DNA from: Minisyncoccota bacterium
GTDB taxonomy: Bacteria > Patescibacteriota > Minisyncoccia > JAHIHE01 > JAGLIN01
DNA length: 64,000 nucleotides
NCBI GenBank assembly: GCA_023142995.1
Contig: JAGLIM010000006.1
Coordinates: 32,577-96,576 of the forward strand
Direction of reading: 5' to 3'
A program made the translations under genes and the position numbers. The notes below the pieces were generated by a model. That model made no database searches. It had not been told where the DNA came from and saw nothing but the letters and a program-made list of their open reading frames with translations. Shown piece by piece: positions 10,113-19,727 of this stretch; the first letter of the stretch is position 1, and each line of letters opens with the position of its first letter.

Positions 10113-10829
10113 ATGAATAAAACTTTAATTATCGCAAAAAAAGAACTGAATTCATATTTCAATTCTCCTCTCGGATATATAGTTATTTCCGTGTTTCTTG
10201 TAATTTCTGGATGGCTTTTTATCCAGACATTTTTTATAGTTGGACAAGCAACACTCCGATCTTTTTTTAATCTTTTGCCGATTTTGTTTATGTTTATTAT
10301 TCCAGCTATCACGATGTCTTCTTGGGCTGAAGAAAAAAGAAGTGGGACTGTTGAAGTTTTGATGAGTTTTCCTGTATCTTCTCTAAAAGTGGTTTTGGCA
10401 AAGTTTCTTTCAAGTTTTGTGTTTCTTTTGATAATGCTTATTTTAACATTGGCAATTTCAATAATGGTTTCTAATGTGGGTTCTCCAGATGGAGGAATTA
10501 TTATTGCAGGTTATATTGGAGCGATCTTTCTAGGTTCTGCTTATATTGCTATCGGGCTTTGGATATCTTCAATAACAAAAAATCAGATCATTTCTTTTCT
10601 TGTTACTGTCTCAATTATATTTATATTTTATATGATAGGGAATTCTCTTATTCTTGATACAATGCCGAGTAGTGTAGCAGCAGTTGGAAACTTTTTAAGT
10701 TTTTCGACTCATTTTGATTCAATTCTGCGAGGAGTAATTTCGCTTTCTGATATTTTATATTATATTTCTGTTATTGCATTCTTTCTATTTTTAAATGCGA
10801 GAACTATAGGAATGAGAAAGTGGAAGTGA
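10113..10829 (+). CDS. ABC-2 family transporter permease (GldF-like).
   Basis: Six predicted TM helices. It is the genomic partner of the upstream ABC ATPase. Confidence 0.7.
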   Translation: MNKTLIIAKKELNSYFNSPLGYIVISVFLVISGWLFIQTFFIVGQATLRSFFNLLPILFMFIIPAITMSSWAEEKRSGTVEVLMSFPVSSLKVVLAKFLSSFVFLLIMLILTLAISIMVSNVGSPDGGIIIAGYIGAIFLGSAYIAIGLWISSITKNQIISFLVTVSIIFIFYMIGNSLILDTMPSSVAAVGNFLSFSTHFDSILRGVISLSDILYYISVIAFFLFLNARTIGMRKWK

Positions 10830-10978
10830 AGTTAGCTTTTTAGGATTTAGCTTCTTAGATTGTAGGCTCTAAGTAAATTGTTGAGATTTTAATTGTCGGA
10901 TAGATAAAAACAAAAGGTTCAAGTCAGAGACATTGAACTAACAGAAATTTTAACAATTCTGTTATAAATTGTTGGTTC

Positions 10979-11058
10979 AATAATCTTTTAATATTTTTCG
11001 ACCTTGTGGAGAAATTTATTGCGTAAAGTTCTCCATAAAGTCGAATAATATTATTGTT
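10979..11058 (+). repeat. Palindromic 5'-UTR element, copy 4.
   Basis: AATAATCTTTTAATATTTTTCGACCTTGTGGAGAAATTTATTGCGTAAAGTTCTCCATAAAGTCGAATAATATTATTG. Confidence 0.7.
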
Positions 11059-11080
11059 TCCAGATTTCTCAATCGCTAAA

Positions 11081-12640
11081 ATGAAACTTATGTCAACCCC
11101 AATAAATAAAAAGATTCTAAACTCTGGAATAAGCTCAGTCTTGATTTTCTTAGCATTTCTAATCGCTATTAATTTTTTGGCATCGCAAAATCCTGTGTAT
11201 TTCGATCTGACAGAAGAAAAGATATATACGACATCAGATGCGTCAAAAGATATTCTGAAAAACTTAGAAAGTGAAGTTAATGTTAATTTTTATATTTCCA
11301 AAGATCTTCCACAAAGTGTGACTAGTACAAAAATGCAACTTGTTGATCTTATGAATCAGTATCAGGATGTTACTGGATCAAAATTAAAAGTTTTTTATAA
11401 TGAGCCAGAAAATACTCCTGAAAAAGTGCAGGAACTTGCGGAGATTGGTATTCCTCAGATTCAATTTAATGTGATTGAAAAAGATAAATATGAAGTAAGA
11501 CAGGGATTTTTTGGAGTGGAAATAACTTCAGAGATCAATGGAGAAATAAAAAGAGAAGCAATTCCAGTTATTCAGTCTATTGATAGTTGGGAATATGATT
11601 TTATTTCTGCTGTTTATTCAATTTCAAGAGAGAATGAAGAAACCGTTGCTTTCTTGAAGGGACATTTTGAAAGAAATATTCAACTTCAGGATTTGCAAAA
11701 ATCTTACAAAATCGTGGATGTTGAGATAGAAACTGAAGAAGAGAATAAAGGGTTTTTTATCTCAGACGGTAAAGCAGAAGAAACAAGTGAGATAGAAAAT
11801 GAAAAAGAATTTGTATATCCTGTGACTTTGATTATTATCGGTCCAGTAGAAAAAATATCAACTGAAGAGATTGCGATTATTGATGAATTTATTTCTAATG
11901 GAGGAAATGTTATTGTTGCATCTGAAAGTGTTGCTCCTGATCTTCAACAAAATTTAAGTCCAATTCCTATTGAAAATAATATAAACGAACTTACAGAAAA
12001 ATATGGCATTAAGATCAATTCTGATTTGATCTATGATAGATCCAATTCTAATATAACTTATCAGCAAGGGTTTTTCTCTGTTAGCAAGGCATATCCTTTT
12101 TGGGTGAAAGCTTTACAGGACAATTTTCAAGAACATCCTTCTCTTTCTGGTATTCAGTCAGTTGTATTTCCATGGGCCTCTTCCTTATCTATTTCTGATA
12201 ATGAAGAATATTGCGTAAAATCAATGATAAGCTCAACAAATCAGGCAAAGGGTATGTCAGATAATTATGATCTATTACCTGATAGTACGTTTTCTTTCTC
12301 TGGAGGATCTAAGAAGACAATTGTTGCTTTTGCTGAGCCAAAAGATGAAAATTCAAATAAAGGAACATTGTTTGTTATTGGTGATTCAGACTTTATATCT
12401 CCTGAATTTTTGAAACAGGCTTCTAACAATGAAACATTTTTTATGAATCTTGTTGACTCTGTTTCAAATTCAGTAAATTTGGCGTCAATTCGATCTAAAA
12501 ATATTATTGACAGACCATTGAAAGAACTCGAAGAGTCTGAAAAGAACTATTGGAAGTTTATCTCGATCTTTGGTGCTGCTATTCTAATCAATATTTATGG
12601 AATACTTAGAATCACTAAAAGGAAGAAAATAAATAAATAA
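11081..12640 (+). CDS. GldG-like auxiliary component of an ABC-type transport system. This is an N- and C-terminally TM-anchored periplasmic protein.
   Basis: The start is taken at the first ATG (MKLMSTP), because the longer ORF begins with TTG inside the repeat. There is a TM helix near each end. The size and topology match the GldG/ABC-type uncharacterised transport auxiliary family. The gene order is ATPase, then permease, then this gene. Confidence 0.55.
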   Translation: MKLMSTPINKKILNSGISSVLIFLAFLIAINFLASQNPVYFDLTEEKIYTTSDASKDILKNLESEVNVNFYISKDLPQSVTSTKMQLVDLMNQYQDVTGSKLKVFYNEPENTPEKVQELAEIGIPQIQFNVIEKDKYEVRQGFFGVEITSEINGEIKREAIPVIQSIDSWEYDFISAVYSISRENEETVAFLKGHFERNIQLQDLQKSYKIVDVEIETEEENKGFFISDGKAEETSEIENEKEFVYPVTLIIIGPVEKISTEEIAIIDEFISNGGNVIVASESVAPDLQQNLSPIPIENNINELTEKYGIKINSDLIYDRSNSNITYQQGFFSVSKAYPFWVKALQDNFQEHPSLSGIQSVVFPWASSLSISDNEEYCVKSMISSTNQAKGMSDNYDLLPDSTFSFSGGSKKTIVAFAEPKDENSNKGTLFVIGDSDFISPEFLKQASNNETFFMNLVDSVSNSVNLASIRSKNIIDRPLKELEESEKNYWKFISIFGAAILINIYGILRITKRKKINK

Positions 12641-12683
12641 AATTATATTGTTATATTGTCAATTTTGAATCGTTGGCTCTATG

Positions 12684-12746
12684 TGGCGATTCCCCTCTTG
12701 CATGCCCGCCTTGGGAGGGAGAGGGTTGGGGGTGTGTTAATGTGAA
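12684..12746. repeat. Copy of the palindromic 'CCCCTCT...GCCCGCCTTGGGAGGG...AGAGGGTTGGGGGTGTGTT' element (module B).
   Basis: It shares the GYCCGCCTTGGGAGGG core with 23800-23816, 58110-58127 and (reversed) 54586-54603. It also shares AACACACCCC...CCCCTCT with 45120-45170, 55290-55330 and 55985-56030. Confidence 0.5.
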
Positions 12747-12949
12747 TTGAGGAAAAACAGTTATTATACAAAAGTGGGTTTATAACCCGCTGTTTTTGTT
12801 TTGAAATTTCTGTTATCGTATTTTTCTTATTTTTAAATGTAAGAGTTGTTAGTATGAAAAGTTGGTAGCAATTGTTTTTTAAACAAAAAAAGAAGGCGAA
12901 TCAAGTTACAACTTTTGCTGAAACTGATGCCTCATATTGTTATCTTCTA

Positions 12950-13225
12950 CTATTCTCCTGGAATATCAAAGATTATTTCGTTACTCATTTCCATAACAGG
13001 GTTATAAACTCCTTTGAGAATATTCCCATTATGATCGACTAACTTTTCTTTGATAAGCACTTCTTGTGCTTCTTTTGAAATTTTATAGCTGTTGTTTAAA
13101 CATTTTACAACAAGCTCAGAAAATATTCCGAAAGTAAGTCTGCCCCTTCTGATAGCAACTTCTATCATCATAGTTCCTATCGTATCTCGTCCAGATAATT
13201 TCTTTTTCATTTGTCTTATCTCCAT
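12950..13225 (-). CDS. Hypothetical 91-aa protein.
   Basis: The ORF sits just outside the IS left end. I see no recognisable motif. Confidence 0.3.
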   Translation of the reverse strand: MEIRQMKKKLSGRDTIGTMMIEVAIRRGRLTFGIFSELVVKCLNNSYKISKEAQEVLIKEKLVDHNGNILKGVYNPVMEMSNEIIFDIPGE

Positions 13226-13286
13226 ATAATCTAACTATTTATCTTATCATAAGACGAAACTTATGTCAATTCCAATAATCAAAATT

Positions 13287-14759
13287 GTCAGCCCCAAATG
13301 ATAATGTCATAGTAGTCCCTAATAGAAATGTCATACCTAGATATTTTGTGCCATAATTGATTTGTTAACTAATTTACAAATCAAACATGATACAAAAAGA
13401 AAAGGAACTAATAGTTATGACTCAAAAAGAATTATTAAGATATGATGTTATCAAGAAGCTAATAGAACAAAAAATTAATGGAACAGAAGCTTCAATTCAA
13501 ATGAATTTATCAATCAGACAAACAAAGAGACTAAAAGTAAGAGTTAAGAAATATGGAATAAAAGGAATAATTCATTGTAATAGGAATAAAGAAAGTAATA
13601 GAAAAATTAAAGCTAAAACTGTTAAAAAGATAAAAAAACATCTTAAAGAGAAATATTATGATTTCGGTCCTACTTTTGCTAAGGAAAAGTTAGAAGAGCT
13701 TCATAATATAGAAATAGGAGTAGAAACATTAAGACAACTGATGATCGTAGAAGGATTATGGAAAGCAAAACCAAAAAGAAAGAACGTTCAGCATAAGTCT
13801 TGGCGAGCTAGAAAAGAATATTTCGGTGAAATGGAACAGTTTGACGGATCATATCATATTTGGTTTGGAAAAAAAGAATCTTGTTTGCTTTTAGCAATTG
13901 ATGATGCCACGGGAAGAATAACTTATGCTAAATTTGATTACAACGAAAGTACAATAGCAGTTTTTAGATTCTGGCTAGAATATTTTAAAAAGAATGGTTT
14001 GCCAATTTCAATCTATCTTGATAAATTCAGTACCTACAAGATAAATCATCCTAATGCGGTTGATAATAAGGATCTAATGACTCAATTTCAAAGAGCGATG
14101 AATCAAGTCAGTATTAAGCCTATCACAGCTCACAGTCCAGAAGCTAAAGGAAGAGTCGAAAGAATGTTCGCAACCTTGCAGGACAGATTATTAAAAGAAT
14201 TAAGACTAGCTGGAGTAAAAACAATTTCTGAAGCTAATAAGTTTTTACAAGAATATATTCCAAAATTTAATGCTAAGTTTGAGGTTATACCAGCAAAAAA
14301 CAAGGATATACATAAAGAAATAAATCAAAGATTAGAAGAAAAACTTCCTCAGATCTTTTCTGTTCAGAATGAAAGAAAAGTACATAATGATTATACAGTG
14401 ATGTTTGAAACTCAATACTTTCAGCTAGAACAAGAACAGCCGATAACAGTTTATAAGAAAGATTCTGTAATTATTGAAAAACATTTAGACGGTGTTATTA
14501 AAATCAATCTAAAAGAACATTATTTGAATTACAGAGTATTACCATCACGACCTCAAAAGCAAATTAATATTAAATTACCAGCTCTAACTAAAAGAAAACA
14601 ATCTGACTGGAAACCACCAATTAATCATCCATGGAGAAGAAACTTATGCTTTTCTGATAATTTAAAAGTTAAAAAGATAAAAACTTAATTAATCTAAATT
14701 AGCGAAGTATGACATTTCTACTTTGGAGAAAGGTATGACATTTCTACTTGGGGTTGACA
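13287..14759 (+). mobile_element. Insertion sequence of about 1.47 kb, ISNCY/IS481-like, with imperfect terminal inverted repeats and a 16-17 bp flanking direct repeat.
   Basis: Left inverted repeat: TGTCAGCCCCAAATGATAATGTCATAG...TAGAAATGTCATACC. Right inverted repeat, reverse-complemented: TGTCAACCCCAAGTAGAAATGTCATACC. The direct repeat TTCCAATAATCAAAATT flanks both ends at 13270-13286 and 14760-14776. Confidence 0.65.
13387..14688 (+). CDS. DDE transposase with an rve integrase core and an N-terminal HTH.
   Basis: The catalytic region contains FDGSYH, LAIDDATG and AHSPEAKGRVER, which has the SPxxxGxVER shape of the rve E motif. The N-terminal HTH is QKELLRYDVIKKLIEQKI. Confidence 0.8.
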   Translation: MIQKEKELIVMTQKELLRYDVIKKLIEQKINGTEASIQMNLSIRQTKRLKVRVKKYGIKGIIHCNRNKESNRKIKAKTVKKIKKHLKEKYYDFGPTFAKEKLEELHNIEIGVETLRQLMIVEGLWKAKPKRKNVQHKSWRARKEYFGEMEQFDGSYHIWFGKKESCLLLAIDDATGRITYAKFDYNESTIAVFRFWLEYFKKNGLPISIYLDKFSTYKINHPNAVDNKDLMTQFQRAMNQVSIKPITAHSPEAKGRVERMFATLQDRLLKELRLAGVKTISEANKFLQEYIPKFNAKFEVIPAKNKDIHKEINQRLEEKLPQIFSVQNERKVHNDYTVMFETQYFQLEQEQPITVYKKDSVIIEKHLDGVIKINLKEHYLNYRVLPSRPQKQINIKLPALTKRKQSDWKPPINHPWRRNLCFSDNLKVKKIKT

Positions 14760-14825
14760 TTCCAATAATCAAAATTCCAATAATCAAAAAAGAGACGAAG
14801 CAGTGTTTTGTGCGTGTTGAGTGTA

Positions 14826-14848
14826 GAGACGTAGCACTGCTACGTCTC
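14826..14848. promoter_or_regulatory. 23-bp perfect palindrome GAGACGTAGCA-C-TGCTACGTCTC. A second copy lies at 42734-42754.
   Basis: The two copies share the roughly 28-bp TGTAGAGACGTAGCA(C/G)TGCTACGTCT. One is upstream of the PKD-protein gene and the other upstream of NlpC/P60. Confidence 0.4.
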
Positions 14849-14975
14849 CACGGCGTTGAAAAAAAGGTAGGGTAAAGGACTCGACAACTATTGAAAATTA
14901 TGAGATAATACACAGTCTAATTCAAAGATATGCTCTTTGACAATTACAAATTAGTAAGAATATTTTAAGGGATAG

Positions 14976-16409
14976 GTGATAAGAATGAACAGTATGAAAT
15001 TAATGATGTTGTTATTTGCAATAAGTATGCTTATTCCGTTTGCATCAGCAAACGACAGTCCTTATGCGAATATCAATAAAGTAGGATCCGCAGAAATTAT
15101 TGATTCTGTGGTCATAAATGTTTGCGAGGAGTTGGTCTTATCTGGAAGACGTTCCTCTGATCCTGATGGCAGTGTAGAAGAGTATCACTGGTATGACGGA
15201 GATAAATTGTTATCAGAAGAGGTGACTCTTATTTTAGAGATCACAGATACTTCCACTAAGAGTATTAAATTAGTGGTAACTGACAATAAGGGAAAGACTG
15301 ATGAGACAATAGTAAAAGTCTATTCCCATTTAACTCCAGATCCAAAAATTAGCCTGAGTAATCCCAATGGGGTTCTTTACCAGACAGACGAATTTATGGT
15401 AATTGCCATAGTTCCAAAAAATGGTAATGAATTTCAAAAATTAGATTTGAAATGGGATTATGATGAAGAGATTGTAAAGAAAGTTAAGGAGAATAAGAGA
15501 ATCCGTAAGGACGGAGAGGAATATCAGTTGACATTCAAGGCATTAAAACCAGGAAATACTAAAATTAGTTTTTCTGGAACAAACCTTTGCGGTGAAACTG
15601 CAGAGGAGGAAGTTAATGTTAAAATCTCGTCTTCTAAATCTCCCAAGATAGAGGAGATAATAATTCCAGAGGGAATTAGAGAAGAAGAAAGATTTGAAAT
15701 TTCAGCTGAAGTTTCAGATTGTAACGGATGTCAATATCTTTTTGAGGTATTCAATTCGGAATATCCAGGATCAGAAGCAATTTCTACTTCTGAAACTGAA
15801 AAGATATGCCTGACATTAGATTACGGTCTCTATCATGTCAATCTGACTGTTAAGAACAAGGAAGGTATTTCAGCTTTTAAGTGGGATACTTTTGAAGTTC
15901 CTAATACGAAGAATGATAAACCTGTCGCAGATGCATCAAAAACTGCAAAGTATGCGGTGATTGACACTGCTTTTACTCTTGATGCATCAAAATCTCGTGA
16001 CGATGGTAAGATTAGCTATTGTCAGTTCTTTTTGTTGAATACAAACATAAATAAATATGAACAGATCTATGAAGGTAATAGTTTGATCTGCGAGTATAGC
16101 TTCACAAGAAGCGGACTACAGAAGCTTTTCGTGCTAGTCAGAGATGACGCTTTTCCATCTCTTGAAAGTAAACCTTATCCTTTTCAGGTCATAGTTGTGG
16201 ACTCTGAAAAGCAGAAGAAGAAAGTAGTTAAAACAGAAGAAGTCAAGAAACAACCAAAAGTAGTAATTCCCTATCAACCTCCGAGTGAAGAGGAGTTGAA
16301 GGATAGGAGAAATAAAGAATTGGCAAGAATATATTTGCCAGGATTTGAATTTCCATTAACTTTTCTTGTTATAATAATCATAGCAAGAAAGAGTCGCAGA
16401 GATCTATAA
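14976..16409 (+). CDS. Secreted PKD-domain protein with a C-terminal 'PGF + TM + basic' anchor.
   Basis: Signal peptide. PKD-like repeats such as SDPDGSVEEYHWYDGD...KLVVTDNKGKTDE. The C-terminus reads LPGFEFPLTFLVIIIIARKSRRDL. Confidence 0.6.
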   Translation: MIRMNSMKLMMLLFAISMLIPFASANDSPYANINKVGSAEIIDSVVINVCEELVLSGRRSSDPDGSVEEYHWYDGDKLLSEEVTLILEITDTSTKSIKLVVTDNKGKTDETIVKVYSHLTPDPKISLSNPNGVLYQTDEFMVIAIVPKNGNEFQKLDLKWDYDEEIVKKVKENKRIRKDGEEYQLTFKALKPGNTKISFSGTNLCGETAEEEVNVKISSSKSPKIEEIIIPEGIREEERFEISAEVSDCNGCQYLFEVFNSEYPGSEAISTSETEKICLTLDYGLYHVNLTVKNKEGISAFKWDTFEVPNTKNDKPVADASKTAKYAVIDTAFTLDASKSRDDGKISYCQFFLLNTNINKYEQIYEGNSLICEYSFTRSGLQKLFVLVRDDAFPSLESKPYPFQVIVVDSEKQKKKVVKTEEVKKQPKVVIPYQPPSEEELKDRRNKELARIYLPGFEFPLTFLVIIIIARKSRRDL

Positions 16410-16576
16410 CTATATAATTATAGATCCGAGCGGCTATTTTTTTGCTATAGTTGTATTTATTTTGACAAAAAATTTCTTTATGTTAATATCAACCCAAGTT
16501 CTTTAATAATTTATCGTGGTATTGCAAAACAAAATAAAATAAAATAAAGAATATAAAGACAAAGGTTGGTGAAATT

Positions 16577-18364
16577 ATGACATTGGAAGTTGAATATGAT
16601 GGAACTGAGAATGAAATATCTATAACTATAGATTATTTTGAAAGTGAAATTACAATAAATAAGAACAGTAGTAATGGAGATAAACCTGAGATTTACACGT
16701 TTGAAATAGACAATATTGTCAATATTAAAACAATTGGTGCGGATCATAATTTTCATTTTAGGGTTGAATCTAATGGAAATTCTGATGATAGTTTAAGAGA
16801 CAGTGTTGAGGAAACTGAAGAAGAAACTGTCAGTGATGATGTTTCGGCAGAAGCTGAATCAGAAACTATCGGTGATGGTACTTCGGCAGAAGTTGAATCA
16901 GAGATTATTAGTAATGATGTTCCGATAGAAGCTGAAATAGAGATCGTTCAAGATAGTGATCCAGTTGATAATCAGACATCTGATGATGGCGTTGAAGCTA
17001 TAGAAACCGATCCTAATTCTGAATCTGATCAGCCTTCGGTTGAAGAGATCAGAGAAAAGGATTTAGACTTTGTTTTTTTGACAAAGAATGGGATAAGAAT
17101 ATTAGCTGTTCTTCTTAGAAAGATGGAACTAAAAAGAGATGAGATAAATGTGACAGATGTTCCTAGCTCAAACGTTTCAAATGCTCTTAAGGAATTAGAG
17201 GAGTCTAATCTGATCTGTTATGAGAATAATAGAAGGCTCATCAAGCCTAATCTTGAGAAAGTTTCAATTTCTTGTCTATGGCTCTATGATAGTCAAATTC
17301 AGAAAATAGTAAATTCAGAATTTGATTTTAGATTTGGAAGATCTGTACAGAATATTCTGCACTTGCTATACAATTATCCAGATGGTTTATACCGGGATGC
17401 AATTACTATTGGTACAAGTCTTAGCAAACCTGTATTTAATAAGGCAATAGTAACAATGGAAAGATATGGGTTGATTGAAGTTACGGGTAAGAGAAATGAA
17501 ACTATCATTTTTCCTAAATTTTCTGCTAATCATGTAGAAAAAGATTCAATAATATCTCAAAAGCCAATTGTTGTTGAGACAGATCTAGCTAATACTGAAG
17601 AGTCAGTAGCTGATTCTGATGCAGATAGAGAAGACTTGTTAACATCACAAAGTCCAACTGCCGTTGAGACAATTTCAGATCAAGAGGTGGTGACAGGAGC
17701 TAAATCAACAGTTGCCATTAATACAGCTGAAGGATTTAATATAAAGAATTTTGAAAGTTACATAAGTATAATTCTTAAAGGTTCTTCTGATGTTAAATTG
17801 CAGACTCTTTCTAGTCGATTTGGAGTTAAGCTAAGAGATGAAGGAATAACCAAATTGTTAAATGCAATTGATAAGAGAATTGCAATTGAAGTTGTGAATG
17901 TTAGGACAGGCAAGATAGTCTCTTGGGAGCCAAAACATTCAAAGGGTATTACTGTATATTTTGAAGGCATTGCTTTTGGGAATCTGGAGGTTAGAAAAAA
18001 AACTGATAATTTAAAGGAGGAAGATTCTGAAAAGCAAGAAATAACTGGTGACATTAAAATAGATGATTTGTCGGAAGAGACAGTTTTGAAGGAGGAAGCA
18101 ATAGAATTAACATCTGAAGATAAAGAAGGTATAAAAAAAGATATAAAAGCAAGAGCTGATAATATGAGAATGGGAGAGCCATTTAAGAATATCTTATATA
18201 TACTGATTGATAATCTTCCCAGTGGTGTGAAACTGAAAGATATTATTGAGGAGGCAGAAAATTATTCAATGCGTAAAGCGCAAATAAAACCATATCTTGA
18301 TATTTTGACAAGACAAGGATTTGTCAGAAAAGAGGTAGGTGAATATAAACTATTAAATGTATAG
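16577..18364 (+). CDS. Acidic protein with three predicted winged-helix-like modules. Function unknown.
   Basis: The N-terminus has D/E-rich tandem 'SAE(A/V)ESE(T/I)I' repeats. There are three segments resembling MarR/TrmB-type wHTH, for example LKDIIEEAENYSMRKAQIKPYLDILTRQGFVRKEVGEYKL. Confidence 0.55.
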   Translation: MTLEVEYDGTENEISITIDYFESEITINKNSSNGDKPEIYTFEIDNIVNIKTIGADHNFHFRVESNGNSDDSLRDSVEETEEETVSDDVSAEAESETIGDGTSAEVESEIISNDVPIEAEIEIVQDSDPVDNQTSDDGVEAIETDPNSESDQPSVEEIREKDLDFVFLTKNGIRILAVLLRKMELKRDEINVTDVPSSNVSNALKELEESNLICYENNRRLIKPNLEKVSISCLWLYDSQIQKIVNSEFDFRFGRSVQNILHLLYNYPDGLYRDAITIGTSLSKPVFNKAIVTMERYGLIEVTGKRNETIIFPKFSANHVEKDSIISQKPIVVETDLANTEESVADSDADREDLLTSQSPTAVETISDQEVVTGAKSTVAINTAEGFNIKNFESYISIILKGSSDVKLQTLSSRFGVKLRDEGITKLLNAIDKRIAIEVVNVRTGKIVSWEPKHSKGITVYFEGIAFGNLEVRKKTDNLKEEDSEKQEITGDIKIDDLSEETVLKEEAIELTSEDKEGIKKDIKARADNMRMGEPFKNILYILIDNLPSGVKLKDIIEEAENYSMRKAQIKPYLDILTRQGFVRKEVGEYKLLNV

Positions 18365-18388
18365 AGGTTCACGCCTCTCTTTTTTTAT
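18364..18388 (+). terminator. Short hairpin plus T7 tract.
   Basis: AGAGGttcacgCCTCT followed by TTTTTTT. Confidence 0.4.
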
Positions 18389-18423
18389 TTGATTTTTGAT
18401 AGTATTCAAGTATAATAAAAAGT

Positions 18424-19557
18424 ATGATAAGTGAAGTAATAATAAGCAGTTTTGTTATAATCGCAGTTTTAGCTGTGCTGTTTTTTCTGTTTAAAAAACC
18501 GATCTCTGATTATTTCACAAGCCTTGGTGAAAAAATGGTGGAGAGAAATTTGAAAATGTTAGAAGGAAGAAACAGAGAGATTCTCAAAGAAGAAAGAGAA
18601 AGAATAAGCGAAATGAATGATGAAAAAATGAAAAGGAATGAGCAATATATGGAAGGTAAAAAAGATGCTATAAAGGAAATGGTGAACAAAATTGACTTAG
18701 AACTTCGAGAATCTCAGAAAAAGATCCAAAACACTGAAAAGGATAGAATCGGAGAATTTGCAAAAATGAAAACGATCTTGCAGGAGCATAAGATTATCAC
18801 AGGAGAATTGAAGGATTCAACTGATAATTTGAAAAAGATACTTTCTAATAATCAACAACGTGGGAAATACGGAGAAGAAGTGGCGGAAAATATTTTGAAA
18901 ATGCTGGGATTTGTGAAAGATTTGGATTATATTGTAAATCTAAGGCAAGAAACAAATGCTAATCGTCCTGATATCACTATAAAATTACCAGATAAAACAA
19001 AGATCAATATAGATGTAAAATTTCCATATTCATCTTTTCAGAAATTTCAGGAAGTTGAAGATAAATTAGAAAAGGAAAAATATTTAGCGCAATTTAAAAT
19101 TGATGTCAAAGAAAAGATCAAGCAGGTGACTAGCCGTGATTATATCAATCCAGAAGAGCAGACGCTTGATTTTGTGATTATGTTTGTTCCTAATGAGAAC
19201 ATTTTTAGTTTTATTTGTGATAAGCTGAGTGATGTTTCAAATGAGGCATTGGAAAAGAAAGTAATTATCACTGGACCATTTTCTTTTGCGGCGATTGCCA
19301 GAATGATCAAACAATCGTATAATAATTTTAAAATTCAAGAAGATCTGCATAGGGTAGTTGGCTTGATCGGAAAATTCAAGCAGGAATTTTCAAAATATAA
19401 TAATGAATTTGATAAGTTAGGAGATAAGATAAATTCAATGTCAAAACAATATGATAGCGTGGCAAACACAAGAACAAGACAATTAACAAAAGTAGTAGAT
19501 CGGATCAATGAAGAAAACGAAGTTATCAATAAAGATGAGAAAAAGAAATTAAAATGA
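18424..19557 (+). CDS. rmuC: DNA recombination protein RmuC family.
   Basis: N-terminal TM, a long coiled coil, and a C-terminal RmuC nuclease-like core NRPDITIKLPDKTKINIDVKFP...DFVIMFVPNENIF. Confidence 0.75.
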   Translation: MISEVIISSFVIIAVLAVLFFLFKKPISDYFTSLGEKMVERNLKMLEGRNREILKEERERISEMNDEKMKRNEQYMEGKKDAIKEMVNKIDLELRESQKKIQNTEKDRIGEFAKMKTILQEHKIITGELKDSTDNLKKILSNNQQRGKYGEEVAENILKMLGFVKDLDYIVNLRQETNANRPDITIKLPDKTKINIDVKFPYSSFQKFQEVEDKLEKEKYLAQFKIDVKEKIKQVTSRDYINPEEQTLDFVIMFVPNENIFSFICDKLSDVSNEALEKKVIITGPFSFAAIARMIKQSYNNFKIQEDLHRVVGLIGKFKQEFSKYNNEFDKLGDKINSMSKQYDSVANTRTRQLTKVVDRINEENEVINKDEKKKLK

Positions 19558-19594
19558 GAAAAAGAAATTAAAAAATGAAAATTAGAAATATTGC

Positions 19595-19709
19595 TGTCAT
19601 TGCGAAAGAGCGATAGCGACTGAAGCAATCACGTAATTAAATTCTTCGTGTATAGTTACGGAATCTTTATCCGCTACTTTATCGTTTTGCTTTATTTCTC
19701 GCAATGACA
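19595..19709. repeat. 115-bp element bounded by the inverted repeat TGTCATTGCGA(A)GA.
   Basis: TGTCATTGCGAAAGA sits at 19595-19609 and its reverse complement TCTCGCAATGACA at 19697-19709. It shares GAGCGATAGC with MITE copy B. Confidence 0.35.
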
Positions 19710-19727
19710 TTTTGTAAAAATACAAGA

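Noticed and set aside
11054-11080. Longer N-terminal extensions of the gldG-like ORF and of the NUDIX ORF (19704) as given in the ORF track.
   Set aside because: The longest ORF of the gldG-like gene begins at a TTG that lies inside the dispersed 70-bp repeat. The first ATG downstream gives a normal N-terminus. The 19704 ATG of the NUDIX ORF overlaps the right inverted repeat of the 19595-19709 element, and the 20546 TTG of the Met/Lys-rich ORF falls inside MITE copy B.
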